Positions 7,917 through 17,093 are shown, counted from the stretch's first letter. The stretch is DNA of 61,473 nucleotides from Eubacteriales bacterium (GCA_028706195.1 JAQWBU010000001.1:1-61473), one strand, 5' to 3'. Translations and numbers: made by a program. The notes: a model not told the origin generated them from the sequence alone.

Positions 7917-7992
7917 TGGTACACCATCAGGGATTCGAACCCTGGACCTACTGATTAAGAGTCAGTTGCTCTACCGACTGAGCTAATGGTGC
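7917..7992 (-). tRNA. tRNA-Lys (anticodon CUU), CCA encoded
   Basis: The reverse complement GCACCATTAGCTCAGTCGGTAGAGCAACTGACTCTTAATCAGTAGGTCCAGGGTTCGAATCCCTGATGGTGTACCA folds as a 76-nt cloverleaf. The anticodon loop is CT-CTT-AA and the T-loop is GGTTCGAATCC. Pair G1-U72 is a wobble. Confidence 0.9.
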
Positions 7993-8008
7993 GTTTGAGT
8001 ACCAAAAG

Positions 8009-8038
8009 ATTATAGGAGCTTAGTTATAGATTTGTCAA
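8009..8038 (-). promoter_or_regulatory. Sigma-70-type promoter of tRNA-Lys
   Basis: On the minus strand: TTGACA (8033-8038), an 18-nt spacer and TATAAT (8009-8014), about 17 nt upstream of the tRNA 5' end. Confidence 0.6.
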
Positions 8039-8248
8039 CCACTATTGATAATATCCTGTTCTCAGTTTATTCGCCATTAAGTTACAAAATACCAGCTATC
8101 GGGAAATCATATTCTTGCAGCAGTTCCCGGGTTTTGATAATATAGGCACAACGTCGATTTATACGAGCGAGGAACAATCTTAACAGTGAAGGTCACTGTT
8201 GGCCCTTGAGGCGCGAATTTTCCCGCAATTTATTGGAGGTATATAGTC

Positions 8249-9715
8249 TTGGACGAATCTGGCTGTATTATCCCTCTTACGAGGGTGCTACTGTCAAATC
8301 AGGAGTTAGCGGTTCAGCCGCAATCGGGTTCCTTAGCTTTTGATTTGATACTAATTTTTATCTTAATCCTGATCAACGGCTTTTTCGCCGGGTCAGAGAT
8401 GGCAATCGTTACACAAAACGACAATCGTATCAGAAAGATGGCCGATGAGGGCAGTTCGGCTGCGAAAAAACTGATGCATGTTGTCGAAAACAAGAGCCAA
8501 ATGATGGCAACTATACAGGTTTCCATCACCTTTGCCGGCTTCCTGTCGAGTGCTTTCGCAGCTGATAAAATCGCGTCACGAGTTTATCTGGCAGTTGATC
8601 CCTCGTTCCAAAGTCCCTGGCTGCAAACACTTTTCGTAGTTCTTATAACCATACTGGTGTCATACTTTTCATTAGTCTTGGGCGAACTTGTACCGAAACG
8701 TCTGGCGATGCGCAACCCTGAGCAAATGTCTTTGAAAGTTGTATCGGTTTTGCTTTTCTTTGATATTATCTTCCGCCCCTTCACCAAACTATTGAATTGG
8801 AGCACTAATGGAGTTTTAAGACTTTTTGGTATTGATCCGAAAGAAACTCAGGACACTATAACGGAGGATGAAATCCGAATTTTGGCTGAGGCAGGAGTTG
8901 ATACCGGAGATTTGCCGGCGGAAGATGCCTTCTTAATTGATAATATTTTCGCCTTCGATGATAAGGACGTGGGGGAAATCATGACACCGCGTCTGTCGAT
9001 TGCTGCAATCTCTGTCGACTCCACCTATGACGAGGCAGTAAACTTTGCTGCCAATGCTCATTTTTCTCGTTTCCCTGTCTATGACGAGGATCTGGATAAC
9101 ATCGTCGGTACACTTTTCCTGAAGGATTTGATGCGTGTGCCCGCCGAAGAGCGTGGAGATGATTTTGATTTACATAAAATCATGCGTAATCCTTATTTCG
9201 TACCGGAAGGTAAACAGATAGACATTTTATTCAGAGAGATGAAATCAAAACATATTTCCATGGCGATCGTTGTCGATGAGTACGGCGGAACTGAAGGACT
9301 GATCACGATGGAAGACCTTCTGGAAGAAATTGTGGGTGAGATCGAAGATGAATACGATCCGCCCAAAAATGATGTTGTCGAAAACCCCGATGGCAGTTTC
9401 ATACTAAGTGGCCTGCTTACTCCGCAGGAGGCAGGACGCTATGTCGAAGCTCTGGAAGATCTGGAGGAAGATGACAACTACGACACCATCGCAGGTTTTG
9501 TCCTGTCCTTGCTGGGCAGAATCCCTGCAGACGGGGAACAGCCTTCAGTAATATTTGAAAATCTGCGTTTTACAGTTCTGGCAATGGATGACCGTCGAAT
9601 TGATCAGATATTATTAGAGATTTTACCTGAAGATGAATTGCCGGAAGATGAGTCAGGGTATAATAATGGATCCAATGGGCATATTAATAATGGAGGAAAA
9701 ACAGACGTCAGATGA
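8249..9715 (+). CDS. CNNM/CorC-HlyC family membrane protein (DUF21-CBS pair-CorC_HlyC)
   Basis: LINGFFAGSEMAIV and GELVPKRLA (DUF21). CBS region VGEIMTPR...DEAV...FSRFPVY. VVDEYGGTEGLITMEDLLEEIVGEIEDEYD. TTG 8249 lies 9 nt after GGAGG. The TGA overlaps the next ATG. Confidence 0.85.
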   Translation: MDESGCIIPLTRVLLSNQELAVQPQSGSLAFDLILIFILILINGFFAGSEMAIVTQNDNRIRKMADEGSSAAKKLMHVVENKSQMMATIQVSITFAGFLSSAFAADKIASRVYLAVDPSFQSPWLQTLFVVLITILVSYFSLVLGELVPKRLAMRNPEQMSLKVVSVLLFFDIIFRPFTKLLNWSTNGVLRLFGIDPKETQDTITEDEIRILAEAGVDTGDLPAEDAFLIDNIFAFDDKDVGEIMTPRLSIAAISVDSTYDEAVNFAANAHFSRFPVYDEDLDNIVGTLFLKDLMRVPAEERGDDFDLHKIMRNPYFVPEGKQIDILFREMKSKHISMAIVVDEYGGTEGLITMEDLLEEIVGEIEDEYDPPKNDVVENPDGSFILSGLLTPQEAGRYVEALEDLEEDDNYDTIAGFVLSLLGRIPADGEQPSVIFENLRFTVLAMDDRRIDQILLEILPEDELPEDESGYNNGSNGHINNGGKTDVR

Positions 9716-12540
9716 ATAAGCAAACAACAGAGATTGCGACGCAGGAGGATTCAAAAGAGTCATTTTTGACTCTGGAAGAAGCTTCGGTCAGCAATAAAGA
9801 AGATGTAATATCGAAACTTGAAACAGACTCTACTGAAGGTCTGTCTCCTGATGCTGCTGCAAAAGCATTGGACAAATATGGTCCCAACGAGCTGGCCGAA
9901 GAAAAGAAGGAATCTTTTTTCGTCAAGCTTTTGAACCAGTTCAAAGACTTTATGATTATTATTCTCATCATCGCCGCAGTTATTTCCGGCGCTATGGGTG
10001 AGATGCTTGATGCTACTGTTATTCTGGCCATCGTAATTATTAACGCGCTCTTAGGGGTGTACCAGGAAGGGAAAGCAGAGAGGGCAGTTGAAGCATTACA
10101 GAAAATGGCTGCTCCTGAGGCACATGTTATCCGAGATGGCAAACTTCAGGTGATTGCGGCTGCTGATATAGTCCCCGGAGATCTGGTTCAATTAGAGGCA
10201 GGCAATATTGTTCCTGCCGACATCCGACTTTTACAAAGCCAGAATCTGCAGGCAGATGAATCAGCTCTGACCGGTGAATCAATGCCGGTAGACAAGGACG
10301 CCGACTTTATATCGGACGATGTATTGGGGATTGGTGATCGCCAAAACGTCGTCTACAGCAGTACAGCCATTACCTATGGTCGTGGTGTCGGAGTAGTTGT
10401 TTCTACCGGACAAAAGACAGAAATTGGGCGCATCGCTTCCAGCTTGACCAATATCACTCAGGAGCAGACTCCTTTACAGCAAAACCTTAATCGTTTGGGC
10501 AAGATCCTCGGCATACTGGCCTTAATCGTTGTCGGCGTCATCTTCGGCGTCGGTTTATTGCAGGGTGGGGATCCATTACAACTCTTCATGACCGCCGTTG
10601 CTTTGGCCGTTGCTGCCATTCCGGAAGGGCTGCCGGCTGTAGTCACAATTGTGCTTTCTCTGGGCATGAACCGAATGGCAAAGGAAAACGCCATCGTTAA
10701 GAGACTTCTGGCGGTTGAAACTCTGGGCAGTGTTGATACTATCTGCAGTGACAAGACCGGAACCCTGACACAAAACGAAATGACCGTCACCAAGCTTTAT
10801 GCCGACAATCGCGTCTTTGACGTCAGTGGTACCGGCTATGCTCCCGAAGGGGAGATTAGCAGTACAGATGGCAATGATGTAGCTTCATCGCAGGAAATAT
10901 TGGATCGTCTGTTTGAAATCGGCATATTAAATAACGACGCCATCTTGCGTAGTGAAAACAGCGAAATCCAGATGATCGGTGATCCTACAGAGGGCGCCAT
11001 GCTGGCTGCCGCTGCCAAAGGCTGCTCAAAGGAAGTCGCTCATGTGCGTGAAGAGCATCCGCGCGTAGACGAGAAACCCTTTGATTCCGGCAGAAAGATG
11101 ATGAGTGTCGCATTCACGAGTTTCTCTGATGCTCCTTTCATATCGTTGACCAAAGGAGCTCCGGACCGCATTCTGGAGCGCTGTAATCAAGAATTAACTG
11201 CACAGGGTGTGATTGACCTGACAGAGGCACGTCGTCAGGAAATAACTGAAATGAATGACAGCTTCGCCCGCAGTGCTTTGCGTGTGCTTGCGTTTGCCTA
11301 TCGTCATCATGACACTGACGCATTCGAAGGCATGGAAGAAGACCTGATTTTCGTCGGTCTGATGGGTATGATAGATCCCGCCCGCCCCGAAGTTAAGGAG
11401 TCTATCCGCATCTGTCACGACGCAGGCATCCGCGTAGTTATGATTACCGGTGATCATAAGGAAACAGCGGTCGCCATTGCCAACGATCTCAATTTGCGCA
11501 AGAAAGATGACAATGTCCTTTCGGGCTCCGATCTGGACAAGATGACTCCGGAAGAGCTGCAGGAAGCTTCAGAACACACTTCAGTTTACGCACGCGTCTC
11601 TCCTGAGAACAAGGTGCAGATAGTTGATGCCTTAAAGTCAAAGGGTCATATTTCCTCGATGACAGGTGACGGAGTCAACGATGCTCCGGCCCTCAAGCGC
11701 GCTGATATAGGTGTTGCCATGGGAATTACCGGCACCGAGGTTGCCAAAACGGCAGCGGATATGATCCTGACTGATGATAACTTCTCCACGATAGTGCGTG
11801 CAGTTGAAGAGGGCAGGGTTATTTACAGTAATATCCGCAAGGTAGTCAGCTTTCTGCTTTCATGTAACGTCGGCGAGATCCTGGTCATTTTTATAACGAA
11901 CATGATTTTAGGACCTGAATATACACCTTTAATGCCGATTCAGCTGCTTTGGCTCAATCTGGTTACTGACAGTTTCCCCGCATTGGCGCTGGGACAGGAG
12001 CGCGCGGAAGAGGGGATTATGAAATTACCTCCGCGCAGTCCCGATGCTAAAATATTGGACAAGGAAATGCGTGCCTCAATAGCTGTTCAGGCTCTGGCCA
12101 TAATGGTGACTGTATTTGCAGCCTTTAATCTGGGCAGAATTTTCTATCCGGACGTGTATCTGGTTAGCAATGCGAAAGTATCAGGCTTCAGCTTTATGCC
12201 TCTGGCCGGCACACAGCCCTCAGTTGGCGCTCACACTTACGCCTTCATCTGTCTGGTTCTGGCAGAGCTGATAAGAGCGTTCTCGAGTCGTTCGGAAAGA
12301 CATTCGGTTTTCAGTCTCGGGGTTTTCTCAAACTCAACCTTGAACAAAGCCATTCTGCTGTCGGTCGTACTGACTCTGGCCGTGGTTTACCTGCCATTCA
12401 TGAATGAACCTTTCTACACGATTCCGCTTAAGTTACGTGACTGGGGCATGATTCTCAGCCTGGTTCTGATTCCTTTCGCAGCCGGTGAAATTTTCAAAAT
12501 GATCTATCATCGTCGCGAGAGAATAACTAAAACAATATAA
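9712..12540 (+). CDS. P-type cation-transporting ATPase (P2-type, Ca2+-ATPase-like)
   Basis: TGES, the phosphorylation site CSDKTGTLTQN, IPEGLPAV in TM4, MITGDHKETA and the hinge MTGDGVNDAPALKRADIGVAMG. 942 aa. Confidence 0.92.
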   Translation: MNKQTTEIATQEDSKESFLTLEEASVSNKEDVISKLETDSTEGLSPDAAAKALDKYGPNELAEEKKESFFVKLLNQFKDFMIIILIIAAVISGAMGEMLDATVILAIVIINALLGVYQEGKAERAVEALQKMAAPEAHVIRDGKLQVIAAADIVPGDLVQLEAGNIVPADIRLLQSQNLQADESALTGESMPVDKDADFISDDVLGIGDRQNVVYSSTAITYGRGVGVVVSTGQKTEIGRIASSLTNITQEQTPLQQNLNRLGKILGILALIVVGVIFGVGLLQGGDPLQLFMTAVALAVAAIPEGLPAVVTIVLSLGMNRMAKENAIVKRLLAVETLGSVDTICSDKTGTLTQNEMTVTKLYADNRVFDVSGTGYAPEGEISSTDGNDVASSQEILDRLFEIGILNNDAILRSENSEIQMIGDPTEGAMLAAAAKGCSKEVAHVREEHPRVDEKPFDSGRKMMSVAFTSFSDAPFISLTKGAPDRILERCNQELTAQGVIDLTEARRQEITEMNDSFARSALRVLAFAYRHHDTDAFEGMEEDLIFVGLMGMIDPARPEVKESIRICHDAGIRVVMITGDHKETAVAIANDLNLRKKDDNVLSGSDLDKMTPEELQEASEHTSVYARVSPENKVQIVDALKSKGHISSMTGDGVNDAPALKRADIGVAMGITGTEVAKTAADMILTDDNFSTIVRAVEEGRVIYSNIRKVVSFLLSCNVGEILVIFITNMILGPEYTPLMPIQLLWLNLVTDSFPALALGQERAEEGIMKLPPRSPDAKILDKEMRASIAVQALAIMVTVFAAFNLGRIFYPDVYLVSNAKVSGFSFMPLAGTQPSVGAHTYAFICLVLAELIRAFSSRSERHSVFSLGVFSNSTLNKAILLSVVLTLAVVYLPFMNEPFYTIPLKLRDWGMILSLVLIPFAAGEIFKMIYHRRERITKTI

Positions 12541-12605
12541 GATTTATTGCTGACGATATGTTAAGCAATACCAGAAAAAAGTTTATATTTTCAGGGGCAG
12601 GGTGC

Positions 12606-12634
12606 TTGACGCAAGCGCTCTGCCTCTGTATACT
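12606..12634 (+). promoter_or_regulatory. Sigma-70-type promoter of the infC-rpmI-rplT operon
   Basis: TTGACG (12606-12611), a 17-nt spacer and TATACT (12629-12634). Confidence 0.6.
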
Positions 12635-12747
12635 TTGAACCGATAACAAGTAGAAGTTCCGCTTCTCACCTCCAGCTTCGGTAAAGAGGTCTACAGAGAC
12701 TGCATCGTTCGATGCTGATGTGTGGGCGGAAGAAATCCGCTTTTTTT
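12635..12747 (+). promoter_or_regulatory. infC leader with terminator/antiterminator potential (L20-leader-like attenuator)
   Basis: A hairpin GGGCGGA-AGAAA-TCCGCTT followed by a T7 run (12724-12747) lies just before the infC SD. An upstream TTCCGC in GAAGTTCCGCTTC can pair with the terminator 5' arm GCGGAA. This position matches the Firmicutes L20 leader. Confidence 0.45.
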
Positions 12748-12771
12748 ATGCGAAAAACCAAAGGAGGTATT

Positions 12772-13299
12772 ATTATCGCTCAACAAAGCCGCAGAGGTCA
12801 TCTCATTAATCGGGAAATTGATTTTCCTGAAGTCAGACTTATCGATGCAGATGGCGAAATGATAGGAATCGTGCCAATTGAAGAGGCTCTTTCCAGAGCA
12901 GAGGCAGCAGAACTGGACTTAGTGCTGATGTCACCTGACAAAAATAATCCGGTAGTAAAAATAATGGATTATGGAAAATTTGCTTTCGACCAAGATAAGA
13001 AAAAACGTGAAGCCAAAAAGCACCAGAAGACTATTCAGGTTAAAGAGGTGCAGATCAAATTAACTACAGAAGAACACGACTTTAACGTCAAAGTAAGAAA
13101 CGCCATTCGCTTTTTGGAAAATGGTGATCGGGTCAAAGTAGTTATTCGCTTCCGCGGTCGGGAAATGGCATTTAAGCATCAAGGATTCGATGTCATGCAG
13201 AAAGTAGCTGACGCAGTCAGCGAAGTCGGCGTAGTGGACAAAGCTCCGCAGGCAGAAGGCAGAAACATGATAATGTATCTGGCGCCCATTGCTGATTAA
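12772..13299 (+). CDS. infC: Translation initiation factor IF-3 (non-AUG start)
   Basis: INREIDFPEVRLIDADGEMIGIV..., VKIMDYGKFAFDQDKKKREAKK, VKEVQIKLTTEEHDF. GGAGG at 12763-12767 is followed only by ATT (12769, 12772) and ATC (12775) codons. The upstream ATGs of the track ORF (12712) run through the terminator hairpin. Confidence 0.88.
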   Translation: MIAQQSRRGHLINREIDFPEVRLIDADGEMIGIVPIEEALSRAEAAELDLVLMSPDKNNPVVKIMDYGKFAFDQDKKKREAKKHQKTIQVKEVQIKLTTEEHDFNVKVRNAIRFLENGDRVKVVIRFRGREMAFKHQGFDVMQKVADAVSEVGVVDKAPQAEGRNMIMYLAPIAD

Positions 13300-13430
13300 T
13301 AACTGCTCAATTAACTAAGCAGACAAGCGATCGGAGAGTAACACAGACCATTTTCGCCCTGCTTGAGTTGGCGAAAAAGCAGCTTGAGTCTGGGGAATTT
13401 TAATATAAAGTTAGCAGGAGGAGGTATTTT

Positions 13431-13628
13431 ATGCCTAAACAGAAATCACACAGCTCGTCAAAGAAACGTTTCAGAGTAACGGGGACGGGGAAGTTCATAC
13501 GCAATCGCGCATTCAAGAAGCATATTCTGACTAAGAAAGCGCCGAAACGCAAGCGCCAGCTACGTAAATCAGTAGTAGTGTCAGCTTCAGATCAGAAACG
13601 TTTGCGCAAATTATTACCCTATAAATAA
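13431..13628 (+). CDS. rpmI: 50S ribosomal protein L35
   Basis: [47 protein letters not shown] precedes it. Confidence 0.95.
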   Translation: MPKQKSHSSSKKRFRVTGTGKFIRNRAFKKHILTKKAPKRKRQLRKSVVVSASDQKRLRKLLPYK

Positions 13629-13654
13629 GTCGTGACCACTTTAAGGAGGATATT

Positions 13655-14014
13655 ATGGCTAGAGTAAAAAGAGGGGTAACAACCCGTCGTCGTCATAAAA
13701 GAGTTTTAAAACAAGCTAAAGGCTATTTCGGCCGCAAGAGTAAGCTATATAAAGTCGCTAATCAGGCTGTGATGAAATCAGGCCAGTATGCATACAATGA
13801 CCGTAAACGCAAAAAGCGCGACTTCCGTCGTCTGTGGATTGCCCGCATTAACGCTGAAGCCCGTCAAAACGGTATGTCATACAGCCGCTTCATGAATGGC
13901 TTGTCTACAGCAGGTGTCGGCCTGGATCGCAAGGTTCTGGCAGATCTGGCTGTCAACGACAAAGAAGCTTTCGCCAGCTTGGTTGGCGTTGCTCAGGAAG
14001 CCCTGAAGCAGTAA
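13655..14014 (+). CDS. rplT: 50S ribosomal protein L20
   Basis: [42 protein letters not shown]...[13 protein letters not shown]. Confidence 0.95.
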   Translation: MARVKRGVTTRRRHKRVLKQAKGYFGRKSKLYKVANQAVMKSGQYAYNDRKRKKRDFRRLWIARINAEARQNGMSYSRFMNGLSTAGVGLDRKVLADLAVNDKEAFASLVGVAQEALKQ

Positions 14015-14037
14015 ACCAGCATATATTTGTTTAAAGT

Positions 14038-14063
14038 GGGGAGTATAATACTCCCCCTTTTTT
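14038..14063 (+). terminator. Intrinsic terminator after rplT
   Basis: GGGGAGTA-TAA-TACTCCCC followed by a T6 run. Confidence 0.75.
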
Positions 14064-14079
14064 GTTCAGAGAGAATGCG

Positions 14080-14874
14080 ATGCGTTTAATTGATTCCGAT
14101 AAGAATAATCTGTACAGAAAATTCCTGGCACAGGGCAGTGCGCGTGAGTTCAAAAAAACAAATTGGATCGTGATTGAAGGTTTGCGTCAAATTGAAGAAG
14201 CTCTTCAAGCAAGCTCCAAACTGGAGTTTCTCGTCTTTTCTGATGATGTGAAAGGTGAGACAATACTGCAGCGCTTGCGTGAAACGTCGGCGGAACTTTT
14301 GGATGAGCTTGATCCCGATCAAAAGATACTCCTGCGCAGCGATCTATTTCTGCGCCTGTCTTCGACAAAGACACCGCAGGGAGTTCTGGCACTAATGCAG
14401 CCACAGCGCAATACTCTTAAAGATATAAAGCCACAAAATAGCCTGGTCTTAATCGACGTTCAGGATCCGGGAAATGTGGGGACTCTGATTCGAAGCGCAG
14501 ATGCTTTTGACATCAGACAGGTGATTATGCTCGGCGCGACGGCATCTCCCTGGTCCGACAAAACCTTGCGGGCAGCCATGGGCTCGATTTTCCATCTGCG
14601 TGTGATCGAAGAAAATGATCCGATGAAAGCTCTGGAAGAACTCAAGGCGATGGAGATTGAACTTCTTGCTCTGGATCTTAGCGGACAAGATATCCGGGGT
14701 CTGGAACAAGAGAAAACTTACTTCGCCCTCTTGCTCGGTAATGAGGGAAGTGGGCTTCCCGAAGAGGTACTCAACGCAGCTGACCGCAGCATCAGGATTG
14801 AAATGCCGGGTCAGGCAGAATCCCTTAATGTTGCTATGGCAGGGGCAATTGCACTTTACGAATTAAGTAGCTAG
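14080..14874 (+). CDS. TrmH/SpoU-family RNA 2'-O-methyltransferase
   Basis: LIDVQDPGNVGTLIRSADAF, LLLGNEGSGLPEEV and ESLNVAMAGAIALYE (SPOUT motifs). ATG 14080 is preferred because TTG 14062 lies inside the terminator T-run. Confidence 0.8.
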   Translation: MRLIDSDKNNLYRKFLAQGSAREFKKTNWIVIEGLRQIEEALQASSKLEFLVFSDDVKGETILQRLRETSAELLDELDPDQKILLRSDLFLRLSSTKTPQGVLALMQPQRNTLKDIKPQNSLVLIDVQDPGNVGTLIRSADAFDIRQVIMLGATASPWSDKTLRAAMGSIFHLRVIEENDPMKALEELKAMEIELLALDLSGQDIRGLEQEKTYFALLLGNEGSGLPEEVLNAADRSIRIEMPGQAESLNVAMAGAIALYELSS

Positions 14875-14881
14875 AAAACCC

Positions 14882-14910
14882 TTGCAGCTACACAAGTGAA
14901 CTGTTATAAT
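14882..14910 (+). promoter_or_regulatory. Sigma-70-type promoter of tRNA-Glu
   Basis: TTGCAG (14882-14887), a 17-nt spacer and TATAAT (14905-14910), 14 nt upstream of the tRNA. Confidence 0.6.
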
Positions 14911-14924
14911 GCATCAGCGTGCGC

Positions 14925-14999
14925 GGCCCTATGGTCAAGCGGTTAAGACGCCGCCCTCTCAAGGCGGAATCGGGGGTTCGATTCCCCCTAGGGTCACCA
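14925..14999 (+). tRNA. tRNA-Glu (anticodon CUC), CCA encoded
   Basis: GGCCCTATGGTCAAGCGGTTAAGACGCCGCCCTCTCAAGGCGGAATCGGGGGTTCGATTCCCCCTAGGGTCACCA. Anticodon arm CCGCC-CTCTCAA-GGCGG. The sequence is close to the Bacillus tRNA-Glu scaffold. Confidence 0.9.
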
Positions 15000-15007
15000 T
15001 CATAAGT

Positions 15008-15046
15008 GAACAGCAGGAATATTGCATTCCAGCTGTTCTTTTTTTT
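15008..15046 (+). terminator. Intrinsic terminator after tRNA-Glu
   Basis: GAACAGC (15008-15014) / GCTGTTC (15032-15038) followed by a T8 run. Confidence 0.7.
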
Positions 15047-15147
15047 GAAGTACAGTTTTCCTGTAAGATTAAAGAACACACATAATATAATATATTTTGC
15101 AGCCTTTTGATCACCTAAAGCGTATACAGGGTGAGGAGGTACGTTTC

Positions 15148-15627
15148 GTGGCATATGATTCTTGTCGGCCGGAAGAATTTGAAGAACTCGTAATAAAACA
15201 TGAAAACAGGCTTTATCGCACTGCACTCGCAATTGCCGGCAATAGAGCCGATGCCGAGGACATCGTGCAAGAAGCATTTTTACGTGCTTATGAAAAATCT
15301 CCCTGCTTCGAATCAGAAGAGCATGCAAAGGCATGGCTAATAAGAGTAACCATCAACCTCTGCTATAGCCATTTGCGATCTCCCTGGCGCAGAAAAACGA
15401 CCACTCTCCTTGACTCCTACCCGGCTTCTGATCCGAAACAAGATGAATTAATAAAGGAAGTAATGAAATTACCATACAAATACCGCACTGTCATTCATTT
15501 GTTTTATTACGAAGGCTATTCGATTAAGGAGATTTCTGAACTGAACGGGCAAAGAGAATCTACCATCAGAAGTCAATTAACCCGTGCACGCCAAAAGCTA
15601 AAAGTGTTATTGGAGGATTTATCATGA
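15148..15627 (+). CDS. ECF-type RNA polymerase sigma factor
   Basis: Region 2: LYRTALAIAGNRADAEDIVQEAFLRAYEK...AWLIRVTINLCY. Region 4: YRTVIHLFYYEGYSIKEISELNGQRESTIRSQLTRARQKL. GTG 15148 lies 8 nt after GAGGAGG. Confidence 0.85.
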   Translation: MAYDSCRPEEFEELVIKHENRLYRTALAIAGNRADAEDIVQEAFLRAYEKSPCFESEEHAKAWLIRVTINLCYSHLRSPWRRKTTTLLDSYPASDPKQDELIKEVMKLPYKYRTVIHLFYYEGYSIKEISELNGQRESTIRSQLTRARQKLKVLLEDLS

Positions 15628-16697
15628 AAACGTATAGAGATTATATGGACAATTTGTTTGTCGATGAGAATCTGCATGAAAAGATTTTGCAAAGAACGAG
15701 TCAATGTCCATCCCGCAAGGTGGTCAAAACAAATGCTTCACGCAAACATCTTTCTTTAGTAGCAAGTGCGGCAGTGATTTTAATTTTCTTTACGGTTATC
15801 TATCCGCTAATCAACATAGATAAAACATCACCTAAGGAAAATGCAATTATTTCTGACACGAAGGGGGAGTCAACTCCTTTCCAGGAAGGTGAAGCAATAA
15901 ACGGTGATCAGTCCTATATAAAGAATGCTCCGGTTTTCCATACTGTCAAACAACTGTCTGATGCCTCTGACTATATTTTCCGGGGTGTTTTTTCAGGTAT
16001 AGAGAAGGTCGATGGTGCCACTACATGGCAATTGCAGATGTTCCGGGTCAATCATTTATATAAAGGCTTAAGCGAGGAGAAAGAGATCCGTATGGTAGGA
16101 AGAACTGATGCGGATGCTCATACTCTTAAAACCGGTTCAGAATATCTGGTCTTTGCCACAGCCTATGAGCTGCCTGTTTATCCATGGCCTCTGATTAACC
16201 CTATTTATAACCAGACAGTCTTCGAAGTGAAAGCGGACGGAGGAATTCAGCTTACGAACAAAGTTGATAAAAAGATGATTCCAGTCGTGCATTCGGAAGA
16301 CTTTCTACATAATTATGACCGGGAAATTACTGATTCGGTGGTTTCCGTGCTTCATCAGCCGGCCTATTCTGTTCCTACGTCCTATTCTGATGCGGCAGAA
16401 ATGCTAGCTAATTCCGATTTAGCTGCGAGAGTAACATTTTCAGAAATTGAATACATTAATGAATATGTTTCCATTGGAAAAGTTGAGCGAATTCAGGCTG
16501 AGTACAAAAGTGATCCACAAGTAGCGCTTCCCGTTACTATCGCTATTAATGAAGAGCTAAAGACCGGACAGGAATATCTGGTTTTTCTCAGATATGACTC
16601 AGAGCGGGACGGACTTGTTCTGGCAGCCAGGACTGGTGCCATCGTTTCCCCGACTCACAGCGAAAAATGGGACGAAGTATTCGCTCTGTTCCATTAA
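15624..16697 (+). CDS. Putative anti-sigma factor (single-pass membrane protein)
   Basis: ATGA overlap with the sigma gene. A short cytoplasmic N-terminus is followed by one TM (LSLVASAAVILIFFTVIYPLI) and a ~290-aa extracytoplasmic domain. No zf-HC2 motif is seen, so the call rests on context. Confidence 0.5.
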   Translation: MKTYRDYMDNLFVDENLHEKILQRTSQCPSRKVVKTNASRKHLSLVASAAVILIFFTVIYPLINIDKTSPKENAIISDTKGESTPFQEGEAINGDQSYIKNAPVFHTVKQLSDASDYIFRGVFSGIEKVDGATTWQLQMFRVNHLYKGLSEEKEIRMVGRTDADAHTLKTGSEYLVFATAYELPVYPWPLINPIYNQTVFEVKADGGIQLTNKVDKKMIPVVHSEDFLHNYDREITDSVVSVLHQPAYSVPTSYSDAAEMLANSDLAARVTFSEIEYINEYVSIGKVERIQAEYKSDPQVALPVTIAINEELKTGQEYLVFLRYDSERDGLVLAARTGAIVSPTHSEKWDEVFALFH

Positions 16698-16748
16698 TAG
16701 TCTCGTTAAATGCGGTTTTGCTTTACCTGGTTATCCAGGCATAGACGA

Positions 16749-16973
16749 TTACGGTGTGATGATAACATTGCCTGTTTTCCTTCCACTGTCTACATAGGTG
16801 TAAGCTTCTGCAATTTTCGCAAGGGGATAGACTCGGTCTATTACGGGAGTATATTTGCCGTCTTGTGCAAGCTCTTTTATATAAAAGCGGCAAAAAAATT
16901 CTCCCTGAATTTGTCTCTCCTGCAACCAGAATTTTCCAGGCAGGGAATAAAATATTAGTGAGGGTTCACATCC
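16749..16973 (-). pseudogene. 3'-terminal remnant of an MDR-family NAD(P)H:quinone oxidoreductase / alcohol dehydrogenase gene
   Basis: The minus-strand translation ends ...FYIKELAQDGKYTPVIDRVYPLAKIAEAYTYVDSGRKTGNVIITP*. This is the typical C-terminus of zinc-type MDR oxidoreductases (..GKlkPvIDr.yPLe.iaeAh.yvesGhk.GkvVit). Only 74 codons are open and they have no start codon. A TAA lies directly upstream. Confidence 0.5.
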
Positions 16974-17093
16974 TTAGCAGATGGCCGTGCTCAGCTCTTC
17001 ATCAGGGGTGCCTCGGGGTTACTCTGAAGCTGGATCAGGTCAAAGGCGGGGCTGATGTCCCTGTTCAGACATTGGCGCCTGAAAGGAGTGCCT

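Noticed and set aside
8137-8248. Possible metal-sensing riboswitch (M-box or yybP-ykoY type) in the ~110-nt leader of the CorC/P-type ATPase operon.
   Set aside because: I can see a promoter-like TTGCAG-17-TAATAT and one small hairpin (AACAGTGA/TCACTGTT). I see none of the conserved cores I know for these riboswitch classes. A covariance-model scan would be needed.
12712-12771. ATG starts of the track ORF 12712..13299 for infC.
   Set aside because: These codons lie upstream of and inside the terminator hairpin and T-run, and upstream of the only SD. Conserved IF3 sequence begins after the ATT/ATC codons at 12769-12777.
14888-15334. 148-aa minus-strand ORF spanning tRNA-Glu and the ECF sigma 5' region.
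   Set aside because: It overlaps a clear tRNA gene, its terminator and a well-supported + strand CDS. It has no family resemblance.
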